The notes under the pieces were generated by a model. That model was not told where the DNA came from. It ran no database searches and saw only the letters and a list, made by a program, of their open reading frames with translations. A stretch of 64,000 bases of DNA from Auanema rhodensis (lineage: Eukaryota > Animalia > Nematoda). Shown piece by piece: positions 26,208 to 40,600 of this stretch. Position 1 is the first letter of the stretch. Each line of letters starts with the position of its first letter. The position numbers and the translations under genes are program-made. The DNA lies in contig OZ059896.1 of assembly GCA_964057225.1 (NCBI GenBank), forward strand, positions 10,912,001 to 10,976,000. Direction: 5' to 3'.

Positions 26208-27227
26208 CTATCTGGACAATGTGAATTTTGAAAAATTATGTTTCACAAATGAAATTTTACCAAAAAAAATTATTTAATTCCACCTTCAAATATCTTTAGT
26301 ATACTATTTGTGGATGTAAGAGGTTTCAGCTAAAATAAATCCTAAAGAGATAAAATATCAAAGAAAAAGTTAAAATTATTAAAATTTGTCATCAATAATA
26401 TTAATAAGAAGATAAGTTAAACGATAAATAAGTAGTAAATCAATTCGAATATTAAATATAGGATTGTTATTTCTGAAAAATTAGAAAACAGAGAATATGT
26501 GATCACACACAGAATAGTATTCAGCTTTTTCCATCTCAACTTAAGCATATTTTAAAAAAAAAACTATTTAAGCTCCGCCCACATATGAACAAAAGACTAC
26601 GTGTTGAAGAGAATAATTGCATATTTATAGAGAAAAAGCTTGATGACGAAGAAATTACTGGTATGAGTTATCTTTAATCTTAATTTACAAGATTAAAATT
26701 GGACTAAAAAGAAAAAATTCGATTTATTCCAAAACAAAAATTATCGGGAAAAAGGAGAATATTCTGTGAAAAATAAAAATATATATATTTTAAAGTTCTA
26801 ATGTATATAAAAAAGTGATGGAATAAGATAGAGAGAGAGAGAGAGAGAGAAGGGGAGAGGGGAGGGATTGAAATGAGAAGGTGAAAAAGAAGGAGAACTA
26901 TATACATATAATATACAAATATATATATTTTCGAAATGAATTTATTACTTTATATTATGTGGGCGTATAAAAAAAATCTTCTTGTAATGTAAAGGCAACA
27001 ATAAACTAACTGAAAAGATATATAGATCTAGCATATATACATATACGTAGATATACACATATAATACGTATGTTGAAGTAAACATCATGACATTCTTTAA
27101 AAATTCAAAAAACTTTGTTGCTAATTATTGAGATCTTACAGATTTTGTAAAAAAAAAGTAGAAAACAAAGTCATTAATTACATTATTTCGATTTGCAAAT
27201 AGATTTTGTCTTTATATTTGAAACAAT

Positions 27228-29763
27228 TTAAAATGACTCTGATAACTGAGGAACGGAAGCAAACAAGCCAATTGTGGAAAAAAGAATGAAGAAAGTGAAG
27301 ATGAAAAGACATAAACGGTCAATAACCATTGCTGAGAACTTCCAATCATCTTCACAAGTCTTTTCTTCCTCTTTATCGCGTAAATATCCATTTACAGCCT
27401 GGAATCAATTGATTCTAGAATATCTTTTATATTTCTAAGTTCATTCATTTTCAAGTTCATTTGAATTAATAATTCTTTCTACTTCTTTCAAAACTCACAA
27501 TGAGATGAGTATGAATTTGCTGTAATATCAACAACTGTGCTACAAATCCTGGAGATGCCTGAAAATGCAAAATATGTTTTTTCACAAAATTTGATTTGTT
27601 CATCATTTTTTCATAAATATCTAAAAGTTAACCTTTTGACTGTTGCTCTTTGCTAGCTTTGCCTGACGTTTCGACCCGTTTCGCCATAGATGACCTGGAG
27701 CTAAATCGTTAACAACTTCTCCAGTTTCTTCATTTAACTTCATTACTCTGAAAATAAAAATTTTGTACAGATGTTATTGTTGTTTGGTATACCTAGGTGT
27801 GGATACAGGTGAATCAACCAAGATTTTGCACATCAACTCTTGGATACACATACTAGTGTTCTTGGTATGTTGCGATTTTTCTTTTTCAATAACATCATGA
27901 GCAAATTTCATTTCATTCACAGAGCTGTCAGAATCATCATCTTCCTCATCATCAATAACGTCATCTTCACAAGAATCATTGTCAGTATCGTCCTTAGTCA
28001 GTTGTCCTTTTCGAGCAGTATAACCCGGACGATGCATACATAATATCCAAGGCAACCAATTTAACATTATTAGTCGAAACTGGAAAGTTCGAAAATGATT
28101 TTTTCATATAATCGTATTCAATTTTAAATATTTTTCTGAAATACTTTAGTATATACTCACTATATAACTCATTTCATGTGATCGACTGTTGCGATTATGG
28201 AAGTTTAATGCCATAGTTGTGGCTATAACACAGCAAGCACAAGTGAACATACAAACAGCGAAAAACGCTCCTGGATTACAAATAAGTCAGAATATTTCAT
28301 TGTAATTTATACCAAGAAATGGAACAGCTTCTGAAGTAGGAGGAGACATTTCTGCCACGTAATTTTGAAAAATACAAATCGATAACATTATTGTAATCTC
28401 TATAACAAATTTAATATATTTCATAATATTTTTTAAATTATTTAATAATTGTTTCAAATGAAATTTTTATCAAAAAGCTTACGTAATGACATTTTTTCGC
28501 CAGCATCAGGTGGTAATGTAAATCCAATTAAAGTTAGTAATGTAATCAAAATACATGGAAGGATGAGATTGAAAGCTAGAAATATATATATTAAATTTAA
28601 TAATTAAAAACATATATATATATTTTTTTACCATAATATAGTACTCTTCTCCGAATTACAAATGTAAAAATGACGTCGTAATATGGCTCTGGACAGCATT
28701 GGTAATACTGTATATTTCTAACAGCATTAGTTGCTAAAAATTAAATAATAATGATAAAATGAATACAAAGTCATTTTTTTTAAAACATACAAACAAGATG
28801 CCATTCTCCATTCGGCAAATATGTTGACGTATCTAAAGCATTCTCATCAATATCTAATTCAAGTTTAAAGCCATCAAATGTCCAAGAACCAAACTGAAAT
28901 GATTGAATAATAAATAAAGATATAAACATATAATCTATATAATTTAATATTTCTTTAATATTACCTTCATGAAACATTCTTGAATATCAAATGGAAACCA
29001 AACAATTTCAATGCGACATGACAAACGAAATAAACCTAAAACGTAAAAGTAATAATTGAAATAAAAAAACTTATTATAAAACAAATAAGTGAAATTCTGG
29101 CAAATATGTTATAAAAACATTGAAAATAAAATTTTGGTAACGAAAAAACAAAAAAAAACAAGAAAAACCTGGGGGAATCCAGTTAACAGTTCCATCTGGA
29201 TATACAAGAACATTAGAAGCATAAGTTGAATCGAATTGAGGATCTGCACTATTATACATTAATACATCTGGAGTCCATAGTTGACTTTTCCTAAAAATTA
29301 CAGAAAAAACATTAAAGAATAACAAACTTTTGAATTTTATGGATAAACCTAAATCGTAAGTCAGTGACACCTCCATGCTCTTTTGGATTCCATTTTAATG
29401 AATAATCATGCCATGATAGTTTTAACCAAGCATTCACATCTACAACTTGATTTTTTTCATCCTATAATACAATATATTATATAAATATATTATATGTTGT
29501 AAATTATATAATATTTATTAACTTACAACGGTTATTATTTGTTGTAAAGCTATACCAATTTTAACCCGTACTGGCTCAGAAGCATTTTCTACAGGCCTTT
29601 CTAATGGTTCGTAATCTTCAAGCAGCTTGTTATACAGTAAACCTTCTCGAAATGAAGCTTCTACTAAGTTAGATGATAGATTGAGTAGTAAAAGTATAAG
29701 AGCTGTAGAATTGAATATTACATCCAAATAACTGTTTTGACTATTATAAGGGATGATCCACAT
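27228..29763 (-). CDS. Nicotinic acetylcholine receptor alpha subunit, ACR-16/alpha7-like group
   Basis: Signal peptide, [20 protein letters not shown], Cys-loop [15 protein letters not shown], vicinal cysteines [10 protein letters not shown]1-M2 [41 protein letters not shown]4 [14 protein letters not shown]. Confidence 0.95.
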
Positions 29764-31035
29764 TAGCTATTCATCTATAAGTATATAAAATTATTTAATT
29801 ATATTAATAATTATTGATTTATATTATTTTTATATAATTAAATATTAATAAAATCAATAATTTCAGTAGAAAACTGTACGAGAACGTTAATGTTCTCAGA
29901 CAGATCAGATGAGAGAAGCTCAAGAGGACAATATAATCGATGAAAGTTCACAATTCACTTCCTTTCTTTATTTTATCCTTCTCTATCTTCTTTTCTCTTT
30001 ATCTTGTTCTAGCACTCTACCTTTCTCTCTCACTTCAAATTATACAAGAGAACTAGATGAATACAATATGCTCTTCAAGAGAGAGCCGAAAATCAGCAAA
30101 TCTTTTCGTATTGACTCTTTAATGAAAAACTAAGCACCCTATTTTCAAATTATTATTTCTTATATACATATAGTTAATATATTTAAGAAAAATAAAAATA
30201 TATTTATCTGATTTTTATCTTTTATCATGAAGTTTATCAATCTTGTTCTCTGTCTTTCTCATCAGTTATTATCGCATCATCATTTCTTGTTGACTTTTTT
30301 GTATTGACAACGAACCACACATCACCGGTTCCATGTTCGATAAGCTTTGAAGCACTTGAAGCGTTGAACAACTCATTGAAAATAAATAAACGAGACTGAA
30401 CAGAATAAGATATTACTTAACACTAAAACATTTTTCAATTCAAAATGCGATATTTAACAAAAAATGAAAGTTATTCTTAACGTTTATCAACTTGTTTAAA
30501 CATATTTTAGTGTAAGTTACTCAATTTATAATTATAAATTATAATATTGTTGTTGTTATACTTGAATATGTATATATGTGCATTATTTATTAGAATGTTT
30601 TTCTTTTAAGTTTTTTTTTAAAAGAGAATAACATATTAAATAATTTGAAAATTTTATAGAATACATCTTGAAGATAATTTTGAAATATCATTTTCTAAAA
30701 TAAAATTAAATATTTTAATGAATTAGTGTCTATTAATAGTCAGTTTACAGTTAATGAGTTCATAAAGTCAATATTACAGATAGATAATACCATGAAATAT
30801 CGATATAATTCAGCTATAAAAGCTTGTTAAAGAAACCATAACATCTTCATTTTTTTGATAAAAGTTTTTTTTTTGCTCTTTCATATGGAAATAGAGAATG
30901 ATTTTTTTTTACTGTATATACATCAATGCATGAAATATGTTTCGTCTTAGGAGCAAAAAAAAAATTTATGCAACGAATAAGAAAGGCTAAGACACGATAC
31001 AATATGTATACATGCGCAGATTAACGAATTTCTTA

Positions 31036-31691
31036 TTAGTGTTCATTGAATTTTGAATGATTTTCATTCTTTTTCTCACTATGTGGACATCCTTTTGATA
31101 TCACGGGATATGGATATTGGCTCAAACAGTCAATTAATTTTTTATCGCATTTGCAAGAATCTTGCAGACAGTTTGAACCATCTGGAAAAAAAAAAGCTTG
31201 CAAGCATATATATGTATGTAATAATTAAAATTTTAAAAAAATGTTTAGATAGCACTTGTTTACTTACTTTCACAGATAATTTGTGAACTATCACATAGCC
31301 ATTTGTAGGAACAGAATAATGGTGCATCTGGATTTGAGCATGTGCTTTCCAAGCTATCATAACATTCATTATGTTGAGCACAACATCTGAAATAAAATAA
31401 AAAATGTTTCAAAATATCACTGAATATTAAAAAAAAAAAATTTTGTATGTATATTCATATGAAAATACTATCCCACCTATCGATGTTATCAACAGGAGTT
31501 TCTAAATGTATATTTGAACAAACACAACCATAGTTCTGATACTTAGAGTATGGCTGATGTATAACACATTGTGATAAACCATCAAGCTGCCATAAAGCCG
31601 CACAGTTCGCAGTTAATTTTTCAGAGAATGTCAAATAAACTGATAAGTTCAAAATACAATAAATTATCCAAACGTTTTTAGGATTATTCAT
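31036..31691 (-). CDS. Secreted phospholipase A2-like protein (group I/II fold), probably non-catalytic
   Basis: 3 exons: signal peptide, ALWQLDGLSQC..YQNYGCVCS..PVDNIDRCCAQHNECY..SYKWLC..CLQDSCKCDKKLIDCL..CPH. ATG follows TTTTAG. Confidence 0.88.
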
Positions 31692-31749
31692 CTAAAATGT
31701 ATTTTTTAAATTTTCTTTGAATGATTAAGAAGATATAAGAAATAAAAAT

Positions 31750-31885
31750 TGATAATATAATTAGTTTAAATAAATAAAACGATTTTCATTTTTCTTGATT
31801 ATAATGGGGTGTGTCAAATCTGAAAAGATTTATTGATAAAACTGATAATTTTTCTTGTATAAGTATTATAATTAAGTGATAAAAT
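31750..31885. promoter_or_regulatory. TGATAA (GATA/ELT-2-type) cluster upstream of the PLA2-like gene
   Basis: Four TGATAA within about 140 bp (near 31750, 31834, 31843, 31877), within 200 bp of the ATG. Confidence 0.45.
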
Positions 31886-33442
31886 CACCTAATGAGTTGC
31901 CTGATTCAAGTGATGATTCACTTAATATGTTCAAAATCAGAAGATCAAAACATTATTTTTTTTAATAATCACATTGATTTTAGATTATTTTTAAAATTAA
32001 TCTAAATGCAAAACATTTAAGAATTTTAAATTGAATATTGATAATAAATTCTGAGGTGAGCATAGTTTCAAAACTATTTCTAATGAATAAAAATTATTTT
32101 AAAAACAGTATCATTGTTATTCATAAATTGAATAAGTTATCTCCTGTGTATAACTACAATACATTTATACTTTTATATAATATAAATATATTAAATACAA
32201 GATTATATTGATTATATCATATTGTAATAAGTATTTTACAAATATTCAAGTAAAAATATCTACATCTACATACATACATACATGCATATATGAACGGAAA
32301 TCTCAAACGTTTTTAATTATAAACTCTTGCCTCATTTTTCAGAAAAATCTTAAAATTGAACGAATGGAAATAAAAAAAATGAAAAATTTATAGTTTTCAA
32401 GCATAATCAGCAGCTTTCTTCTACTTATTATAAAATACTTTTCAGCTGTCGTCATGACATATTGTACAAGATTGGATCAGGAGTCTGCAATGAATTATTA
32501 TTTTCTAATTAATTATTTTTTCAATTCTGAGAGTTAGTTTTGATGGCTTAAACTCTTTTCACAGGTGAATATCATTTCTAAAATTGTGTTCACATTAGAT
32601 AAATTTAAATATTTAAAATATTGATTGTCTTCTGATATCATAAAACCTTCTGCTTTACACATTAAGTGAAAGATTTAGCATCAACTTAGATGATCCATAG
32701 TGAAATGTATCATTATAAACATTTCCTTCTCTTCCTTTATAATTTTTTTTTCAAATTTTAATTCTATTTATATAAAGCTATACGTATATTGACTTATATG
32801 ATCATTTTCAGCTGTTAACTTTTGATTTCTTTTAACTTTAATTTTCTATCGTATATTCAAAAATATAAATAAGGTATTCTGTCAAATTTTGAAATAAAAC
32901 CAACTTTGAAACAATCTTGTATTTCGTTTCATAACAGTTGAATTTTTGAATGTTTCTGATATTTTTTCAGCTTTTCACATATAGTTTTTATGTGAAAACA
33001 TCTGACATTTTTGTAGGCAGCAAAATTATAGTAGAAATATAAGTTTAAGTTATATTCTTCCGTAAACCAAAATCAATCAAGTTTTATATTATTATTATTA
33101 TAATTATATATATATTTGATTTTTTTTCAAGTTTAGTTCAGATTCTATGGTTTCATAGAAAGTGAACAAGATTTTGAGAAATTACTAAAATTTTGATACT
33201 TCAGATAAAAACTATTCAAGCCTAGTAATCATATTTGAATCCAAAGTTCAATGATTATAACTAAATACCGTTTACTCATCATTTCTAAAAATTTTATACA
33301 TATCATTGGTTTTATTTAATTTTATTTTTCAAACTGTTTATACTCTTTATATTTATATAAAAATCAATTATTTTTTATTATTTTAAGGATATTAATTGTA
33401 TACCTCATTGCTTGAGATTCAAACAAAACCTTTTCAATAAAC

Positions 33443-33612
33443 ATGAGATCCTTTGGATTTCTATGTTTGATTCAGTACTTGATCATCTTGTCTTGTACAG
33501 ATTCAGTTTCTGGTTCTGATTATTATGATTATCAATATGATTACTCCGATGGTATGGTTTTATTCTTTTTCTTTTTTTTTTTTTAAATAAAATATAATGT
33601 TTAATAGTAATT

Positions 33613-33666
<54 letters not shown>

Positions 33667-36600
33667 AAAACTTTAAAAAAGCTACAGTATCTAATAATAA
33701 GACACCGTAACCTTTGAAACCCGAATTAGATACTGTACACTATTGTATGAAATGCTGAATTGTGAAGATTAATCGATAATTCGATTTCTCATTTTTTTAT
33801 CGAATATTTTTACTTTTTGGAAAAAAAAACAAAAAAAATATTTATAATAAAATAATGAAATAATATACATACATATATATGTATGTATGTATATTCTGTG
33901 TATCTATTCATATAATATATACTATATCTATGTATATTTATATAAACATCATATACTGTATATATCTATATAAAGATATAGATAATGATAAAAATTATCA
34001 AATAAACTTCAAAACTAATTTTTTTAATAACAAAAGATGAAAATATTATATAATCTAAGAGATACATACATATAGGTATGTATACTATGTTGTGGTACAT
34101 GTAGATATATGGTATATATTAGCTAAATAAAACAACAAAAGTGAGAAATATATAATTTTCTTGAAAAATGTTGAAAATATGTATCTTAAACTATATATTT
34201 GGAATATTTTTAAAAAATATTCATTCTATAAGCATTACTTCTTTTCCTTATATTTTTCAATTCGTTTCTGAAGTTTCAGATATTATTTCATAAAAGTTTT
34301 CTTTAAAGTTTAAGATATCACTAAATATTTTAAAGAATACGCTAATATTTGTGATATATAATAAAAATTATTAAAAAATAAAAATATTATATACATAATT
34401 AGTACTCAAAACATTTAAAATGTTTTATTAATATAGAATTATTTCTGATAAAAATGATAAATTCTTGCTTGATTGAGCACATCTTCCACATCAACTGCCT
34501 CGAACCTGCTTTACACACCATATGTTTTTTCATAGCGAAAAAAAAAAGAATTTTTTTGATTTTTTGTTGATTTTGCAAGTATGTTTTGAAACAAAATGCA
34601 GATATTGAATACTATAAATTTCTTATAAATTCTTTCATCTGCATTGTATCATGATATTTTTTTTCATATAAAACTTTCTTTTTTTTTTTTTGGAAAAAAA
34701 ACTACAAATCTAATAGAAGCATGAACACCTTGAAATGGGATAACTTTTTTATCATTTAAACATCTGTTATCTTCACTTACAATCGATTTTTTAATGATTT
34801 TGTCTAAATTCCTAGAGTGACAGTAGCTTAAATCATTTTATGTTTTTTTTACTTTTGAGTTACATGTACACTTATTATCAATTTTATTTAGTCATCATTA
34901 TAAGTTTACATATATATATATATATGTATATATATATATTCATGTATTTAATAAATTTTGAACATTCAACCCTGATTATATAGTTGAATTGTTAATAAGT
35001 AGCTTTATGACTAGCTTCGAAATTCATCTGCCCACCTCTATTACGTTTTTGGTTTCAATTATGATAGATTACTCAACTTCAAAACCTAAGTTTTCTTGAA
35101 GTTTACCTTTCTCCCAGCTTCCATAAACCCTCTATATTCGCCTGTATTCGAAATATTATTTTCTGAATTAAAACTTATTCGCCAACACAGTTTAGATAGG
35201 TTACCACATGTTGATTTGAATAGCGACAATGGATATAACTAAATTGGGTTTAACCAGAGAAGATTATTTAACAGCTATCTACTTGGTAGATAGATTTTTT
35301 GCTATCCGTAGTGGACGACAGAAAGGTCTTTCAAAACAAATTTAGAAAATTAAAATTCCTTAAATGATGCAACACTATATTAAAAAGTTTTTTACTTTTA
35401 AAATTTTAAAGCTTTTAAACTTTTAAAAGTTTCAAAAATCTTCTAGATTTCGGTTTGCTGAAACGTTTTGAGATCAAAAGTGATGTAATTGAAACATTTA
35501 TAATATAAATTTCAGCTAGAATTTTAAATAATATAAAATAAAATTGCAGATGAAAATTAATATTCTTATATTTAATTATGTTTTATAAAAAAATGACCTA
35601 AAAAAACATTTTTTAGATATGGTTGAATGGGATGGTGAGAAGTCAGCATACGGTGTTATCATTTGTATCTCTGCTTGTGTTTTAACTGTCATGCTTTATA
35701 TGAGTATATTTGGTACAAGATTAAATGGAACTGCTCTTCGATGGCATATGATAAACTGTTCTTTCTGGGGATTAATACACTTGGTTTGTCTTTTTTTTTT
35801 CAAAAATTTTTTTCATATAATTTGTATATTTATAGGGACATTATGCTTCTTTTGCTGAAAAAGCACCATTCCCTCAATGGATCCAGATTATTGAATGGCG
35901 TCGTCAGAAAGATCGTGTAGAGTGTTTGACTCGGTCTGTATTTCCTGCAGGTATTCTGAAGTTCATTTTAGATAATAAACTTTTTTTTTTTAACTTTTAA
36001 AAAAAAAATGTTTTCTAAGCACATTTATTATTATGATTAATATAATTATAGCTTAAAATATTATATTACTTCGAATCTAATTTATATTTTAAAGAAAAAC
36101 TTTCTTTTTTTTTTGCAAAATAATTTATTATATATTATATTCATAAATTATTTTAGGAATGGTGTTTGTACTCATTGAACGGATGATTATTACTTTGATT
36201 CCGGGGTTAGCTGAGAAAGCCATCTTTAATGCTATTTTTGCTTTTCTGATTCTTGTATTCTTGAATATAACGATGATTTTCTGCTTTTTCGCCCAGGTAT
36301 AGTTTTTAAAATTTTAATTAAGAAGATATACAAAGATATTAATTATATATTTTACATTATAGTATATGAGCTACGAATGGTATTATAATCCAATTGAATT
36401 ATTCAACTTAGCAACATATGCTTTATTTCTTGTAATGTTTTTTGTTTACTTTATATTTTGTCTATTCGGATCATGCTGTTGCTGTTGTGTTCTGTTCTCT
36501 AAAAAACGTGGAAAGGTATTATAAAATATAAATTTAATTTAAAATTATTATTATTATTCTTAGAAGACACCAGCAACTTTTGTAGATATGTGGCTGTTGG

Positions 36601-37215
36601 TACCATATTCCTTAATACCACTTATCATGTATGGCCCATCATTTGGTTTAACATCGATTGGATTTGTAACTAAAAAGCTTATGACATACATATTACAAAG
36701 TGAATTGTTTAAAAGTATTATGAGCGGTATGGGCTCTAGTGATGGAGATAAAGGTTTGTTTAATTCATTTCTATTTTTCTTTATGAATTAATCAAAAAAA
36801 TATATTGTTTTATAGGATTCTTAGGTAGTTTGATGCCTGACATGAATACATTACTGGATTTGATGGGAAAAGCATTATCTGCTCTTCCATGGTTCATACT
36901 ACTCTTTCCTCTTGTACAATCACTGTTAACTCTTCTTCTTATACGAATGTATAGAGAACAGGTAACATTACATATCTTCAGTCACTTCTTTATATTTCTT
37001 CTCAGTTTTTCTTCCTCATTACATGTGGACGATGTTTTAATGATCGTTTCAAAGACGATGAGGAGAGCATCCAGAAAAATTGGACAATTGGAGGAGGTTC
37101 ACATTGAATTCTTTAAAATCAAAATTTTAAATTTGTTATTTTAGTTCAACCAATTCCCGTATTTGCTTCCTCAGATACTCCTCCGATGAAAATGGATAGC
37201 AACTCACCAGCATGA
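33443..37215 (+). CDS. Orphan 7TM GPCR-like protein with signal peptide
   Basis: Exon 1 (33443-33551) MRSFGFLCLIQYLIILSCTDSVSGSDYYDYQYDYSD joins in phase to 35618 (DMVEWDGEK). Seven hydrophobic segments, LRWHMINCS in TM2, LIERM at the DRY position, TM7 LFPLVQSLLTLLLIRMYREQ. Confidence 0.78.
33616..33663. repeat. (AT)n microsatellite
   Basis: Perfect TA run in intron 1 of the 7TM gene. Confidence 0.95.
33685..33735. mobile_element. Minimal Tc1/mariner-type MITE or internally deleted relic
   Basis: TA-CAGTATCTAAT...ATTAGATACTG-TA: 11-bp perfect TIRs with CAGT/ACTG ends flanked by TA. Confidence 0.6.
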
Positions 37216-37378
37216 ATATTGTGAAACAAATTGACTTTCATGATCTATTAAATCATATAATATACTATATGTATATAGAATAGATCCAAGCAAATGTAGA
37301 ATTCCAAGAATGTGATCTCTTTTCTATCTTCTATCGTTCCTTAATTTGAACTTTAAAACGTAGTATATAACTACCGGT

Positions 37379-37489
<111 letters not shown>

Positions 37490-37688
37490 GTGGTTTTATT
37501 TTTACTGAATGAGCTTCAATTCTAATGTTAAATAAAATATTTATTAACAAGAATTAGAAATATATTTAAAAATCTGAAAAAGGGGGAAGTTCAAGTAAAA
37601 GAATTTATATAAAAGTCAGCTGTTATTGACTGAATTTACGAATCAATCAGAACACAATTGTCCAATATTATTTTTCTTGAATTCAATA

Positions 37689-40600
37689 ATGCGACATCGA
37701 TTCTGGCTTTTGCAGCTTCAACTTTGTATTTTATTTTCCTTGACAGGTTTGTTATTTCAAGTTTATATATAATTTTAATTATTAACTATTTATTAATATT
37801 TATTTTGCATTATTAAGAGCAATCTGGGTGTGCAGAAAAAAGTTATCCAGGCTCATATCAACTGGTCTGTCTATGTAATTCAACATATTGTGATGATTTT
37901 CCAGTAAATAAGTTAATTTATTATTATTTTTATTTAAATAATTATAAATAGCGAGTTGAAACGATAAAGAGTGGTTCATCTGTTATAATCACATCATCTA
38001 AGAAAGGACAGCGATTTCAACGAAATGAGCAAATATTTAAAAAAATAAGTTTGTATCATCTAATTTATAATTCTAATTTATATTTTTTTTTTTGGATAAG
38101 GGAAAGAATGAGAAAATTACCAAAATAACAGTTGATGCTCGCAAACGTTTTCAAGAAATTAATGGGTTTGGTGGAGCATTTACTGATGCTGTGGGAATAA
38201 ACTTGGCTAGCTTATCAACGGACACTCAAGAGAATCTTCTCAAATCATACTTCAGTGATATAGGTTAGTTTAAATTTTCTTGAAAAATGTTTAAGAAATT
38301 TATAAAAACATGCTGAAGACAAGAGAAATAAGTTTTCATTTGATTTACAATTATATGAATATTGGAATGACTATAATACAATAAGATCAGTTATTTTATG
38401 CTCAACAATATTAAAATTAAATCGTTTTGGGGATTTTATACTAAATATTCATTTAATATTTGTATTACCAGTTAAAATACTTCAATTTTTTCATTGTATT
38501 ATCAAAAAGAAATGATATTAAATTAATTTTGTAATTGATATTTTACATTATTCGTTAGGATGATGATGTTTTTTATAAAGTTTTTATAAATGATACATTA
38601 ACATAAATTGTTATATTTTCTCAGAAAATAATCTTTGTTTTTATGTTTTTAATCAATCAAAGCTAATTTTGTCTTTTTCTTCCAATATTGTGCTTCTAAT
38701 AAAGCACATTCCAATCTAGCTTTCTCTAGTTGAATTTGAGCCTCCAAAAGTTCATGATGCTTTTTCTCATTTTCAATTTTAATTCGAATCAGATTTGTAT
38801 TCAATTCATCTGTTTGAGCAGCATCTTCTAGTTGGCTTTTTCCTTCTCTATAAGTAAAATTCAATTTGATTTTTTGAATATTTAACATACTTTTCTGTGG
38901 TTTCATTCTTAATTTCTGTTGTTCCTGGTAATGTTGATGTATTTGAAAAGAATGAACACAAAAATTCGGGAGTTATTTGATCATCACATATTGGACTATC
39001 ATTTTCTGTAACCTATAAACAAATATATTAATAGCTATAGGCTTATAAAGTTACAAATACCGAAGGTGAATCAGACAAGCCGTCAAGAGAAGTACGCTTT
39101 GAAGCACCTTCGGACGTTGTCGGTTCATCATCCTCTCGTGTCCGTTTTCTACGATTATTTTGAATTTTATGATCCGTTTTTTCAGTTTGTTTATTACTGT
39201 TTTCATCCTAAAAATTAAAATTATTCTCATATTCTGTTTGTATTAATTAACTTACATTATTATTCATATGAGAATCTATCGATGATTTTGTTCCTCCAAT
39301 CAAACGAGCTTTGATATCTGGTCGATCAAGTAACAACTTGATATGAGGAGGCATCGTCAATTTTTTACCACCTTTTTTCTAAATATAATTAATATTTATA
39401 TTAAATTATATATTTATTATATACCAATTGAGTAAAAAATTCGCGACTTTTTTTCAAATTATCTCGAATGCGTTGTTCAATCTGTGTTGTTGTCCTTTTT
39501 GGATAACCCAATACTTCAAGACCATTTGCAATATTATTTAAAAGCAAACTTTTTGCCTAAAAAATTATAAAATTAAAGAAGATTTGATTGAAGTTAGAAT
39601 AGTAAATTCATGAAGAAAAATGTGATTTAACTGACCACAATTGAAGCTTCACGACTTGCTCCTTTAACTGTTCCATGAAATATTTCATAGTTATCAACAT
39701 AGTTTTGTGATAGAAAGTACAATTCTTCTGGTGACATAACTGGAGCTCTTCTCTTCAAAAATTACCATAATAATTCATGAAAAAAGTGAAATATACCTTC
39801 TTATCCACTGTTTCTTCTTCTAACGGCTTAAAAATTGAAGCAAATGAATCCAATAGACTTGCAGGAGAAATTGTTGTTTCACTATCATCTGCCATTATAG
39901 TTTTCTTATCAAATTACTTAAAATAATAGTTAATATTTTAAAAAATTCTTAAACATTCATCGAATAATTGATTCATTTAGAACAACATGAAACATGTAAA
40001 AAGTCAAATTGCATATAAAAATGAATTGTAAACAAAGAAATAATGCAACATTTTGTAGAAATTGACTGGAAAATACGAAAGAAAAGACATTTTTTGAGGA
40101 AAAGTACAATGAGACTTCAGAGCCCGGTGAACTGAGCTGGTTGTCGTCGTCGATTAGGGAAGGCTGGCCCGAGGACGGATAGAGTGGGAAAGAGCACGAA
40201 GATTATTTGCTCTAGAGGTCGGGTAGAAGGATGGTGAGGGGGAGAGAAAAACGGACGGAGGAGCAGCAGCAACAGCAAGTTCGAAAGGAAAGAAGAAGCA
40301 AAGAAGACAGAAAGAATGGGTGACAATGAAGAAAGAAAGGTCGAAAGAACATGCTAGAGAAGAGAAAATAGAGAAGTATGGACACACAGGTAGGGGGGGG
40401 GGGGTTGAAGGGGAGAGGTCGCCGATTGGTATGTGAAGCCAAGTGAGGAGAGAGGAGAGAAACAATTCAGAGGGAAAACGAAACTGAGGAAAGGAAAAGG
40501 ACATACTCAGTGCCCTCCGTTACGACGACAACGTCGACAGTCCTTCACCTCCTATCTACTATCTTTCATCCCTTGCCTATTCTCCGTGTAGGCTCACTCT

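Noticed and set aside
30321-30345. TCACCGG, miR-35-like seed
   Set aside because: No extended precursor stem.
40117-40504. Three overlapping minus-strand ORFs rich in F/L/S/P
   Set aside because: Low-complexity pyrimidine tract translation.
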